From: a virus
IMG/VR virus record: IMGVR_UViG_3300047369_000529
Span: 1-64,000 of that record
Direction: 5' to 3' (one strand)
DNA length: 64,000 nt
This document shows, piece after piece, positions 1 to 11,000 of the stretch (positions are counted from its first letter, which is position 1; every line of letters starts with the position of its first letter). The notes under the pieces are model-generated. The model saw only the letters and a list, made by a program, of their open reading frames with translations, made no database searches and was not told the origin of the DNA. A program made the position numbers and the translations under genes.

Positions 1-189
1 TTTTTTAGATATTGCGCCGCAAAAATTAAAATTTCATTAGGTCAAAAGCTAAGTATATTTGGGTTTGCATTACCTGGAAATATTGAAGTTAATGCCGATG
101 CAATTCAAGGCCTAGGTGAAGGAGAACTAGAGGCTGTGATTGAAGAAATAAAAACAGATGAGGGCACCGATTGGATGATGCACTCGTAA
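1..189 (+). CDS. C-terminal fragment of T4 gp13-like neck protein (5'-truncated)
   Basis: Frame 1 is open from base 1: FFRYCAAKIKISLGQKLSIFGFALPGNIEVNADAIQGLGEGELEAVIEEIK...HS*. Resembles the gp13 C-terminus (Y-A...G..L.....LPGG..I.G....E) and sits before baseplate genes. Not in the ORF track. Confidence 0.6.
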   Translation, partial: FFRYCAAKIKISLGQKLSIFGFALPGNIEVNADAIQGLGEGELEAVIEEIKTDEGTDWMMHS

Positions 190-191
190 TA

Positions 192-200
192 GAATATATA
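192..200 (+). promoter_or_regulatory. putative late promoter RATATATA
   Basis: GAATATATA immediately before gp25; recurring motif. Confidence 0.45.
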
Positions 201-205
201 GTTAA

Positions 206-559
206 ATGGAGTTTTATATAAAAGCAAAAGGTGATCCCGGATTTAATCCTTCTACGTTAGAAATTAATTCTGATTTAGCTAGATTAATGACACAGATAGA
301 AACTGTTCTTTTTACAAGAAGAGGAGATGTTTTAGGTGAACCTGAATTTGGTGCAAATTTAGAAGATTACGTATACTCTTTAAGTTATAATGATTATTTA
401 CTTAAAAAGGTAGTTGCTGAACAAATTTATAAATATGTTCCCTTAGCTAGTAAATTTAACGTCACAGTAGATGTCGATTTCACAAAAGAAGTTGATAGAC
501 ACATGGTGTTTGTAGACATAAGAATTGATAATAGATATCAACTAGGTGTCTATGTATAA
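206..559 (+). CDS. baseplate wedge protein, gp25-like
   Basis: LFTRRGDVLGEPEFGANL matches the gp25/GPW motif (T..GE....P.FG..L); 117 aa. Confidence 0.85.
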   Translation: MEFYIKAKGDPGFNPSTLEINSDLARLMTQIETVLFTRRGDVLGEPEFGANLEDYVYSLSYNDYLLKKVVAEQIYKYVPLASKFNVTVDVDFTKEVDRHMVFVDIRIDNRYQLGVYV

Positions 560-576
560 TAAAACTAAAATTAAAA

Positions 577-2397
577 ATGGCAGATAATAAATTTTTATCG
601 ACATCCAGAATTAAAGCTGGTGAAATGATTGAAGACGTGAGATCCTATATTAGTAGGATATACGGGGAAGTACAAGGTGCTTTTACAACAGCTTCTCCCT
701 TTTCGCAGATTCTAGATGTCATTTCAGAAATAGGAAGATTAATATTCTTCTATATTGAAGATTCTACAGTAGAGCAAAACATATTAACAGCACAAAACCC
801 TGAATCCATTTATGGAATATCTAGGTTGGCTGGTCATGATGCATTTAGAGGAGCTGCCGCCGTTGGTGAAATAAAACTTAGATTAGGCGTTTCTAATTTA
901 GACGATATCACTGGAGATGCATTAAATATTCCAGCAAATGCTACTATAGAATGTAAAGATAACGGTCTTAAATATACTCTAAGAACTAGTAACGATCAAT
1001 TTAGATTAGAAAAATCAAATTCAAATTACATATATGCTCCCGTTGTTCAAGGTGAATATGAAACGCAAAAGCTTACTTCAACTGGAGAATCTTTTCAATC
1101 TTTTAACGTAATTACAAAATCAATGGTAGATCATAGCGATGTTAGAATAAAAGTTAACTCAGCGCTTTGGACAAAATACGATTCACTGTATGACATGAAG
1201 AAAAATACTCAAGGATATATTGTAAGAACGGGTATAACTGGAGGATTAGATCTTTATTTTGGAAATGGATCTTTTGGAGAAATTCCTGAAATGGGATCTA
1301 CAATAGAAGTAGAATATTTAAAAATTGAAGGAGCTATGGGTAATTTAAACGGAAGAGCAGACTTATCGTTTAAATTTAAGACAGAAGGAACAGATTCACT
1401 AGGAAATACACATGATCTAAATGAACTACTAGAATCTGAATTTACAGTAGCTCCTAAAATGGGAGCAAACCCTGAAGATATTGAATTAACAAAGCTGATT
1501 GCTCCATTACAATCACACTCATTTGTATTAGCAACACCAGATAACTATGAGCATTTTCTATCAAGATATGGTATGTTTTCATATTTAGACGCATATAATA
1601 CAACTGACGATGGATATTTAGATGATGATAATGTTATCTATCTATTTATGTTACCTAATACTCTTAAAAAGTTACAAAATAATAAAGACTACTTTTCTCT
1701 AGATACTTCTGAATTCTTTTTTACAGAAATAGAAAAAGAAGGTATTTTAGGATTATTAGAAAAATCAGGAAGACAGATGGTAACGACAGAAGTAAAAGTC
1801 GTGGATCCTAAACCCCAATTTTTTAGAATGGACATTAAAGTAAGATATTTTGAAGGGTATACTAAAGCAAATCTTGCTACTGAAATAAGATCTAAAGTTG
1901 CAGAATATTTAATTAATATAACTAGAAGAGACCGCCTTCCAAAATCAGATATAGTTGCCATAGTAGAAGCAATAGAAGGAATAGATTCTGTGAACGTAAA
2001 ATTTACTTCTGAAAAAGAAGAAACAGCTAGAAGATTAGGATATTATATTTCTGAGACAGTTACTGTTACACCTTCTACACCTGTGTTAAAAGACATAGGT
2101 AATGGTAAACAAAAAATGGTTTTCTTTAAAAGAAACGTAACTACTTCTCAAGTTAATTTTGAGCCTGGAGCTCCTTTACCCGAAAATGTAATTAACTTAG
2201 ATTCGTTTGGCGATATAATTTTAGAAAAAGAAGAGGTAGCATTATTCAGAGGAGGATGGCTAGATTCGGACGGATCAATGGTAGATGATTCTGTTAAAAC
2301 AGGTGAAAAGGCCGCGTTATCAATATACTTTGACGAACCAGCTGTTAAAAATACAATCTTTGCGAAGGTTCAAGCTAAAAATAGGAAAGCTATATAA
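577..2397 (+). CDS. baseplate wedge protein, T4 gp6-like
   Basis: Follows gp25; SIYGISRLAG, VVQGE, LYFGNGSFGEIP, IEVEYL..G..GN, G..PE.IE, T..NY motifs typical of gp6/baseplate J. Confidence 0.8.
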   Translation: MADNKFLSTSRIKAGEMIEDVRSYISRIYGEVQGAFTTASPFSQILDVISEIGRLIFFYIEDSTVEQNILTAQNPESIYGISRLAGHDAFRGAAAVGEIKLRLGVSNLDDITGDALNIPANATIECKDNGLKYTLRTSNDQFRLEKSNSNYIYAPVVQGEYETQKLTSTGESFQSFNVITKSMVDHSDVRIKVNSALWTKYDSLYDMKKNTQGYIVRTGITGGLDLYFGNGSFGEIPEMGSTIEVEYLKIEGAMGNLNGRADLSFKFKTEGTDSLGNTHDLNELLESEFTVAPKMGANPEDIELTKLIAPLQSHSFVLATPDNYEHFLSRYGMFSYLDAYNTTDDGYLDDDNVIYLFMLPNTLKKLQNNKDYFSLDTSEFFFTEIEKEGILGLLEKSGRQMVTTEVKVVDPKPQFFRMDIKVRYFEGYTKANLATEIRSKVAEYLINITRRDRLPKSDIVAIVEAIEGIDSVNVKFTSEKEETARRLGYYISETVTVTPSTPVLKDIGNGKQKMVFFKRNVTTSQVNFEPGAPLPENVINLDSFGDIILEKEEVALFRGGWLDSDGSMVDDSVKTGEKAALSIYFDEPAVKNTIFAKVQAKNRKAI

Positions 2398-2666
2398 TGG
2401 AATTATTTAACGGTCTTTTTAAAAGTAGAAAAAAAAGAATTTATTCTATTAGAGAAACAGTTTTTGATGATAGAAAAAATTTAGGAAACGATTATAGGAA
2501 AAACATGTTAAAAAATTCTATATCTAGCCATATATGGAGAAATAACCAAATGAATGATTTTGTAAATTTCGTTCAAGAGGTATTAGCAGATTGGGTTGAT
2601 TCTGTAAATTATTTAAAAATTTATAAGTCATACACAATGAAAAAGGACGATAAAAAAATTAGATAA
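2397..2666 (+). CDS. hypothetical protein, probably baseplate-associated
   Basis: Translationally coupled (TAATG) between baseplate genes. Confidence 0.55.
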   Translation: MELFNGLFKSRKKRIYSIRETVFDDRKNLGNDYRKNMLKNSISSHIWRNNQMNDFVNFVQEVLADWVDSVNYLKIYKSYTMKKDDKKIR

Positions 2667-2668
2667 TA

Positions 2669-5446
2669 ATGTCATATCAAAATCTTAGATTTTTTGATAA
2701 TAATTCTAACGAATTAAATTTAGAATACGATAGTACGCTAGGATATTCTAAAGGTACTGTTTTTTTAAATGAAATATCAGCAGGCCTTTATGAGACTTTA
2801 AATCTATACGTATTAGAAGAAGTTAGGGATGAATTAGATAATGTGAGGTTTGTTCATCCTATTTCAGCAGACGCTAATAATAATACTATTAAATTTAAGT
2901 TTGTTTCCGAATATGGCGATAGTAAGGATATTTTTCTATACAGTGGTGTTATGAAAAATGGAGATTATGAGGTTAATGTAGATAATTTCCAAACTAGCGA
3001 AATGAGAGATAGTTCTTTCTATAATGGACTAGATTCTGAGGGATTTAAGGTAGTTCCTTTAAATGCAACTGCTTTACACCCCACTGCTTGTTTGGCTAAT
3101 ATAGCTTTAAGTTCTGAAATTGAAGGATTTCATATACGAAAGCTAGAAGTATTCGCAAACCAGGATGGTGTAGAAACCAAAATAGCCGAAATAAAAGTAT
3201 ACGGTGAAGTTGTTGCAGAAGACGAAAGGCTTAAAACTCTTTTAACAAATATGGCCCTTAATCTTGACGAAATGGATTATCTAATATTTAGAGATTCTGA
3301 CATTAAAGATTTAGGAGTAGATTATAAACTATTAAATGCAAAAAGAAAAGAGCTTTTACTACAGGCTTCAACTATAAAGCCATTTATAGGAACTTATAAA
3401 GCCCTATTGGGAATAATAGATTTTTTCGGATATAGCAATGTAAGCCTTAGAGAGTATTGGTTAAATATAAACGAAAAGGCAGAAGGTTTTGGAAAAATGA
3501 TCGTGGTGCCTGTTGCTAATCAAACTGAAGTAGGTTTCCTAGCAAAGAAAAGCAGAAATACTAATTTACCTAATTCTAATCAAAAGAAAACCTCTAGATT
3601 TTCTTTAGCGTATAGGTTAAATGTTCCTACTGGAAGGTTAAATGAATTTGATTTACCAGAGGTAGAAGAAATAACCGATTTTTCACCTGATGAAATATTA
3701 ATAAAATTATATGCTTTAAAGCGTAAATTACAAAGAGAGTATTTACCCCTTAATGCTAAGATAGTCGATATTACCGCTGAAGGAGATTATTTCGATAGCG
3801 TCAGTCAAAGAACATGGAACAATCAACACCAAATAAAAATTCAAAATGCAGGGCAAGATGTCCACTATGAAGTTTTTCCTGAAGTAAAATCTATTTATAT
3901 AGAAGATTTAAGAAAAGTTGATTATAGATTAGAAGGCCTAGGTCATGATATATTTTCTTTTTCAAAATCTATTAGAAACACAATAGAAGCTTCTATTAGA
4001 TCATTTTACACGGAATGGCATGATGAAGATATGTCTTCTTATAATACTATTGCCGGAATTCCCGTAGGAGCTCCTTTAATTTTATCAGGAACTTCTCTTA
4101 AAGACACATGGGACGATGCAAACTTTACTTATATAGATGCAAATGACACCGACGATGACGCAAATATTTTACACTCAAATGGACAATCAACTTTACAAGA
4201 TCCTTTTTTGACATGGGATGATTGGTGGAAAAGAAGTGTATATGAAATTGAATGGATTATCAAAGGTCCTAGAGGATATTCTAAAAGTGTGAGAGGACCG
4301 ATTGAAGACTGGTATACTTTACCATTAATATTACCATACATTGGTGAATATTCTATAGATGTTGCGTTTTGGGATTTATATAACGTTAGAAGTGTTAGTC
4401 ATAACGAAAAGATTAATGTTAAATCTAAAAATGTAGAAATATATGGAGTATATCAAAGGCTAACACCTGAGTTAGATTGGTCTAACTATAAATATCAATG
4501 GGATGAAGCCGGATCTTCTTGGGAATGGGGAAGAGAAAACCTAAACACAGTTGAAGAAAATATAGCAACATACTATTTAACATTAGATAGAGCTAATTAT
4601 CTAAATAGCGATGAAGACGGAAAAGAGTTTTCAATAGTTAGAAGATTTGCAGACTCAAATACTCCTACTGGATTTAATGAAACAACCGGACCATATCAAT
4701 GGAAAAAACTTAGAAAGCAGGTATGGAATGATGGACCTTCTATTAGTTGGGATCAAACGAGAGTAGGTCCGGACTTAAACTCTTCGTTTAAATTAGAAAT
4801 AAATGGAGCGATAAACGGTACTATTTCTGTTTCGCAAATAGACAATTTAACAGGTCTTGAAATAGTTGAAGAATATTCTCCTATTTCTACATATCCTACT
4901 TCTAATACTGATTTTTCTGCATGGGAAAATCTGAAAGAAGAATTAAATAATTTAAATCCTAATCAATGGCCTATCTTTACCAAGTTTAATTGGAACCCAG
5001 TATATGAAGATACAGATGGCAATATAACAAACAACTTTGATGGCGCCGATCTATGTAATTATATGTTAGTTGTTTCTAAGCAACCTAATCAATTATATGA
5101 TTTTTACAACGCGACAACAACCACGGGAAATATAGACCCTAGCAGCTTTGTTAAATATCAAACTTATAACCCTAGCTTTAACGATACCTACGTTATTGAT
5201 GACCACGGTGCTATTAATCTTCTTAATCATATGACGTTTTCATACGATTTAACTAAAATGCCAGGTGTAATTAATCAGAAATGGAGATTGATAAATAATA
5301 GTGTAAAAAAAGAAGATATATATTATGATAATCAGTGGCTGACATACTTATTTGACACGAAGGGAGAGTATAGTATTGAGCTAGAATTAACTGATATTAA
5401 CGGAAATAAAAACATAACAAGAAAAAACATCTTAACAATTAAATAA
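2669..5446 (+). CDS. large baseplate/structural protein (gp7-like position)
   Basis: GTYKALLGIIDFFGY resembles the gp7/tail-I motif; C-terminal PKD/Ig-like segment (YLFDTKGEYSIELELTD). Confidence 0.55.
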   Translation: MSYQNLRFFDNNSNELNLEYDSTLGYSKGTVFLNEISAGLYETLNLYVLEEVRDELDNVRFVHPISADANNNTIKFKFVSEYGDSKDIFLYSGVMKNGDYEVNVDNFQTSEMRDSSFYNGLDSEGFKVVPLNATALHPTACLANIALSSEIEGFHIRKLEVFANQDGVETKIAEIKVYGEVVAEDERLKTLLTNMALNLDEMDYLIFRDSDIKDLGVDYKLLNAKRKELLLQASTIKPFIGTYKALLGIIDFFGYSNVSLREYWLNINEKAEGFGKMIVVPVANQTEVGFLAKKSRNTNLPNSNQKKTSRFSLAYRLNVPTGRLNEFDLPEVEEITDFSPDEILIKLYALKRKLQREYLPLNAKIVDITAEGDYFDSVSQRTWNNQHQIKIQNAGQDVHYEVFPEVKSIYIEDLRKVDYRLEGLGHDIFSFSKSIRNTIEASIRSFYTEWHDEDMSSYNTIAGIPVGAPLILSGTSLKDTWDDANFTYIDANDTDDDANILHSNGQSTLQDPFLTWDDWWKRSVYEIEWIIKGPRGYSKSVRGPIEDWYTLPLILPYIGEYSIDVAFWDLYNVRSVSHNEKINVKSKNVEIYGVYQRLTPELDWSNYKYQWDEAGSSWEWGRENLNTVEENIATYYLTLDRANYLNSDEDGKEFSIVRRFADSNTPTGFNETTGPYQWKKLRKQVWNDGPSISWDQTRVGPDLNSSFKLEINGAINGTISVSQIDNLTGLEIVEEYSPISTYPTSNTDFSAWENLKEELNNLNPNQWPIFTKFNWNPVYEDTDGNITNNFDGADLCNYMLVVSKQPNQLYDFYNATTTTGNIDPSSFVKYQTYNPSFNDTYVIDDHGAINLLNHMTFSYDLTKMPGVINQKWRLINNSVKKEDIYYDNQWLTYLFDTKGEYSIELELTDINGNKNITRKNILTIK

Positions 5447-5447
5447 A

Positions 5448-5996
5448 ATGGCAAGTATTACAACAATTTTAGGAACGCATAGCCTTTCTTCTTCTAGACT
5501 TACTATCAATAATAACTTTGATAATGTAAACGAAGAATTAGGTTTAATTGCAAACGTTCTAGACACGACAAACTCTACGTTAACTTTAACAGGTGCTGTT
5601 TCTGCGGGAACTCTTTCTTTAAATAACGGTTCTTTATCTACATTTAGTGTAACAGGATCTTCTCTTGAATCAGGAGTAGAATCCACATTTAAAGAGAACG
5701 TTATTTTAGAAAAATCTTTACAGGTTTCTTTCGCAGATACCGCTAATTTCCCCACAGCAACCCCTTCATTAGGTGCATATGAGTACACTGGTTCTGACCC
5801 TATTTCATTAGGTGCTTCTACTAGTGGACAATTATTAACAATTGCCGCTAATGTTGAGTTTACAATGGACTTAACAAGTGCACTAATTCACGGTGCAACA
5901 TCTATTACCGTTTTACAAGGTGGTAGTATTAGCTTAATGGGAGATAACAACGGAAAATGGTATATTGTAGGTTCTTATAACGCTACAATTGCTTAA
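5448..5996 (+). CDS. virion structural protein (short fibre/baseplate-like)
   Basis: SRLTINNNF N-terminus typical of fibre attachment segments; Ser/Thr-rich beta content. Confidence 0.5.
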   Translation: MASITTILGTHSLSSSRLTINNNFDNVNEELGLIANVLDTTNSTLTLTGAVSAGTLSLNNGSLSTFSVTGSSLESGVESTFKENVILEKSLQVSFADTANFPTATPSLGAYEYTGSDPISLGASTSGQLLTIAANVEFTMDLTSALIHGATSITVLQGGSISLMGDNNGKWYIVGSYNATIA

Positions 5997-6020
5997 TTAT
6001 AAAATAAAAAGTTTAATTAG

Positions 6021-8009
6021 ATGGCTACACCACTAATAAGGATTCCACAGGAACAGGGCGGTACGATGTATGCTTTTGCTAACGCAGCAAGAGATCTTAC
6101 TCGCGCCTATTATAATCCAGATATTAATTTTGAATTTTCTAAATTTGCGCTATTAGACTTGCCAGTATATGCAGATTCAATTCAAAGCGATCCGAATAAC
6201 CCTGATTATGTTGGACCTAACTATATCGAATATAATAGATTATTCGAAGGTGGAGGTGGTGAAAATGCTAGTTCTTATAACGATACGTTGCATGATGGAA
6301 ACGGTAACGTTCATTTTGCACAAACTTTTCAAAGCTATGCTTTGAATTTAGAGAATATGCTTTTAAACCCTGAAAGCAATGACGATTTTGACGACGTATT
6401 ATTTCAAAGTGATGCAGAAAAAATATTTTTTAAATATCTTTATCACATTAACGCGTTTAGAGTTAGAACCGCAACTTCCCAAGAGGTTTCTACGGGATAT
6501 TCTAGAATGATAGAATTAGACGATTCTCTTCAATCGGGTTCAGAATATAGTAAAGTCATCAAATATATTGGAAATATAGATGTAACCAATGATAAAAATT
6601 ATAAAGGTCAACAATACAATGAAATATTTGTAAACGTTCCTTCTTCAGTAGGATATACTCCTGAGGTTTTATTAACTTCTTCTCCTTTCAATACTAATAA
6701 TATTAAATTTACGCCAGGAGAAGCTTTATCTGGAAGATCTATAGATGATATACACCCGGATCCATATTTAAATCTTGAAACATATACCGATCAAGACGAT
6801 GGCACATATAATACGAATGTTAATGAAATACCTGGTTTTGGAATTGATTTTAATGCAAGTGCATATTCTAAAATAATTAATGATCCAAAGCTAAATACTA
6901 TATTAGATTATTCACAAAGAGGTGGAGATTTTAGATTCAATGCAATACTAGTTTATTATGATTTATATTCTAAGTCTAATAATGGAAATAAAGCAACGAA
7001 TTTATACGGTATAATATTATTAGATAATTGGAAAGAAGATACAACCAATGATGGATGGTATATTCCTGAGCTTACAAAATACAAACCTAACGAAGTTACA
7101 GGTCTTAATGGTAATGCATTTGCTCTTAAATTAAATTTAAAATTTAATTCTTCGCTAGACAATGTTGGTGTTGAAAAGAATGTCAATGATTATTCAACAT
7201 TCTCTATGGATATTTTCCTAGATACAACGTCTACATTAGAAAATGCAGCACAACTATTAAGAGACGCTAATAAAAGATATAATGCGATTGCAGAGAAGGT
7301 AGAAATGCTAGAGAGCTTTTTACTAAACTCAGAAAGTTTACAAGGATTAAATACTAGATTAGATTCGGTAGAAGCAGATTTAGAAAATGCTACATTAAAT
7401 TTCCAAGATGAAAGAACACTTTTAGATTTAATAACTAATACTAATTCTAGGTTAAACCAGGTGATATCTGGTGTAATTCCTGCGGAAATACAATATAACA
7501 CAGACGTATTAGAGTCGGGTAACACAGGAGTGTCCATTGATAAAACAGGAAACGGTAAAGTTAGAATAAATAATTCTAATTTTGGTTATAATTTAAGTCA
7601 GTCGTATGTTTATGATACTGTCTCTTCTATTAACGAAAGAGAGCTTAATTCAGATGGCCCTTTTTTACCTTCTGAATCTGGAACTAAAGCTGTTTGGCAA
7701 AGACTTAAAACTTTTGATAACTTAGTTAGAATTTATACAGACCAGAACGAGGACTTTGATTCTAATCTAAATATATACTTAGACGATACCGTGTCTTCTT
7801 GGAAAAAAGGACAGGTAGTCAGAGTAACTTTTAAAAATAAAATTAAAAATCTATCAACTAATTCTATTACACTATGGACAGATAAGAATAATGGATGGTC
7901 ACAAAAATTATCCATTCCATCATCATCTTTGATAAGTGATATTCCATACATAGAAATAATCTGTATAGATGAAGTAAATAAAACGTTTGAATACGATATT
8001 TTAAGATAA
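6021..8009 (+). CDS. putative virion structural protein
   Basis: 662 aa in structural cluster; central coiled coil; no diagnostic motif. Confidence 0.45.
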   Translation: MATPLIRIPQEQGGTMYAFANAARDLTRAYYNPDINFEFSKFALLDLPVYADSIQSDPNNPDYVGPNYIEYNRLFEGGGGENASSYNDTLHDGNGNVHFAQTFQSYALNLENMLLNPESNDDFDDVLFQSDAEKIFFKYLYHINAFRVRTATSQEVSTGYSRMIELDDSLQSGSEYSKVIKYIGNIDVTNDKNYKGQQYNEIFVNVPSSVGYTPEVLLTSSPFNTNNIKFTPGEALSGRSIDDIHPDPYLNLETYTDQDDGTYNTNVNEIPGFGIDFNASAYSKIINDPKLNTILDYSQRGGDFRFNAILVYYDLYSKSNNGNKATNLYGIILLDNWKEDTTNDGWYIPELTKYKPNEVTGLNGNAFALKLNLKFNSSLDNVGVEKNVNDYSTFSMDIFLDTTSTLENAAQLLRDANKRYNAIAEKVEMLESFLLNSESLQGLNTRLDSVEADLENATLNFQDERTLLDLITNTNSRLNQVISGVIPAEIQYNTDVLESGNTGVSIDKTGNGKVRINNSNFGYNLSQSYVYDTVSSINERELNSDGPFLPSESGTKAVWQRLKTFDNLVRIYTDQNEDFDSNLNIYLDDTVSSWKKGQVVRVTFKNKIKNLSTNSITLWTDKNNGWSQKLSIPSSSLISDIPYIEIICIDEVNKTFEYDILR

Positions 8010-8010
8010 T

Positions 8011-11000
8011 ATGAGCGCTAGCAATTCTATATCACATCTACTTGAACAGTTTCTTGAATTAAACACTAATTCTTTAGAAACTTTTGAGCGTATCAATGAG
8101 GCTATTTCTACAGATAAAGAAACAGTTACAATTGATTTATTTGACAATCGCACTGGAGAAATGACAGCGATTCAAATTCCAGCGTTTGGATTTTTGAAAA
8201 GAGAAATTGAAAGAATTGATAAGAATTTAACGTCTATAAGTGGATTAGATACATCAAGCGCTAATGTAAGATTAAAGGATGGTTCTTATAGAAGAATACA
8301 TACTTCAAAGTTAAAAGGCCCCTCAGCCCCTATTACTAATTTAGCAACCCCTAAAGAATTTAACACTAAATTAAATGATTTCTTTGAGGATTTTTTAAAC
8401 CCATTATTAACTATTAATCTAGACGTAAAGGGTCAAATTCCAGTAGACACAGAAAGAGTTTATACAGAAAGATTTATTTTTGACAAAGATCATGTTTCTT
8501 CTACAGAGGCCTTTGATGAAATATTTAAAGGTCAAAACGATGTAAACTATTCTAAATTTATCTCTAAAATAAAAGAAGATGGATTAAAATATAGAATAGA
8601 TGCGGAAACGGTTGACATGCCAATTAGATCTATCCAATACAATGGAGAATTAGATGTATTAAAAGTAGAAAATGTACAGAAAACCCTATTAGTAGATGGA
8701 ATCACTCAAACTAAAACGGTTAAAGTATACACTTTAAATAAATTAACATATTCAGATTCTAATAAGGAGATGAAAGACACTGAATCTCTTAAAGTAGGAG
8801 ATTCACTGGTCGTGAATACAAAGGAATATAATACTAGATATAGGGTTTCTTCTATTGACTCTTCTACTTCTCAGGTAGAATTATCATTAATGGAAGGATA
8901 TGCACCTATAAAAATAGGAGCAAAAGCATTAAGAATTTATAAAGATATTGACGCATCAGTTTCAATAGACGTTAAAGTTGGGTTTGACGAAAGGCAAGTT
9001 GTCTTTGTAAAACCAATCGATCCTATTTCTAAAATACCTGCTACTGATTTTTCACCAGGTATTGCGTTTTATTCTAATGAATTAACTATTCAAAATGAGG
9101 ATGGCATAGTTACTACACTTGCAAAATATTATAAAGAAGAAGTTGCAGACTTTGGTCAATTTATCAAAGCTCTTAAAGTAGATTATATTCCACCAGCATC
9201 TGAAGGTCTTATTCCAGATTCGCCAGAAGTTGAAGTAGACAACTTTAAAGTTACTCAGATTAATAAGCATTTAACAGATAATGCTAGTGTTGAAAAAGTT
9301 AAGAAGATTAAGGCAGATAAAGTAAAAGCCAAAGAAGTAATTAAGAAATTAGACACTACTATTAAAAAGAAGAGAAAATTAATTGCTACTAAAAAGTTTT
9401 CTTCTAAGATTGAAAGAAATAGGGAAAAGAATGAATTAGTTTCTTTAGTAAGAGAAAAAGAGGCAGAAACAAAGGTATTTTCTTCAAGCGTTAGCGAAAT
9501 AAAGGCTATTGCGGAATCTAATGAATTACCAAAGGTAACTCCAAAATATAGAGTTAGAGGTTTTTGGTCTATTCCAGACGCTAAAAAAGTTGGTGATGAA
9601 ATTTCACAAGAAGTGGTTCAGTTCGTAGCAAGATATAGATACATTTCCGCTACTGGTAAAACTTCTGTAATAGAACAAATTAAATTTAATAAAAAGACTG
9701 CTGCTTTTTCAAACTGGGTTGAAGTTAAAGGACCTATTAGAAAAAGAGAAAAGCAAGCTGATGGAGGTTATAGATGGATTATAGAATCTGAAGAAGATTC
9801 ACAAGCTATTAATTTTAATTCTATTGATTTACCAATTCAACCTGGAGAAAAGATAGAATTAATGGTAAAATCTGTTTCTGAAGCTGGTTTTCCACAAACA
9901 CCAGTTGAATCAGAATGGTCTGAGATAATTACTATTCCATTCCCAGAAGGAGAAATAGCAACAGACGGAGCTAATACATTAGTTAATCAAAACGATTTAG
10001 ATAATGTTAAGGTAGAAATCAACGATGATTTAGAGTCTCAAGGATTATTTACTCACTTAGACGATGGATTTACTGCAGGAGATACTTATTACGCACACCA
10101 AGCTGATACTGTTGCTTCAGGATTTTTAACAGGAGAACAAACGCCCATTAGTGTATATGATAAACTATTAGAATTGCAAAATCAATTAGAAAGATTACAA
10201 GCACAGGTTTCTGGAGCAGTTGGTGAATTACAAGTTAAAATTATAGATGAAGACGGAGATGTTACTTTAGTTAAAAACAATTCTACTGCTAAAATATTCG
10301 CAGGATATTATGTAGATGATGCTCCTACAGGAGAAACTAAAGGCTATATAGTAACTAAAAACTTTAAGATAGAATTACATAATACCAAGGCATCCGATCT
10401 TGAATTATGTGCCAGAATAGTAGGAGACTTAAAACAGCCTGCATATATTTCTACTTCTGAACAAGAATTTGGATTAGGTATAATTGACCTAAGTACAGGA
10501 AATCTAAAGCCAGCTTCTGACGCGGCACCTGATTCAATGGTGTCAAACGATTCTTATTATACACAAGAAGCACGATACGATCAAGTACCTGTCGTTTATC
10601 AAAACTTAACAGGAGATGCGAATTCATACAATCATTTTGCAGATTCTCCAGATCAATCTACACAGTTAAATGGTCAATTTGTTTATTCCAGATTTAAAAA
10701 TCTAGCAAATAACGGTAATTTATATTCAACTACAAACCCTGACGCAGACGCAACAAGAAAGGCAAATTTAACAGGTGTAACAACCGCAGAATATGGATTA
10801 TCATACACGGTATCTGGTACTACTGGGATTCAAGATAGAACTCACTTAAGAGACTTCACTAATGCTTCTTTCACGGCTATTCATACCGGTCTAACTAGTG
10901 ATCTAGGTGGTAGTGATGATTTTATTTGGAATGGTACATTTAATGGTTTAGGTAATACTGGTGATTCACCTGATGTAGTTTCCATTTCACAATTAGGTGC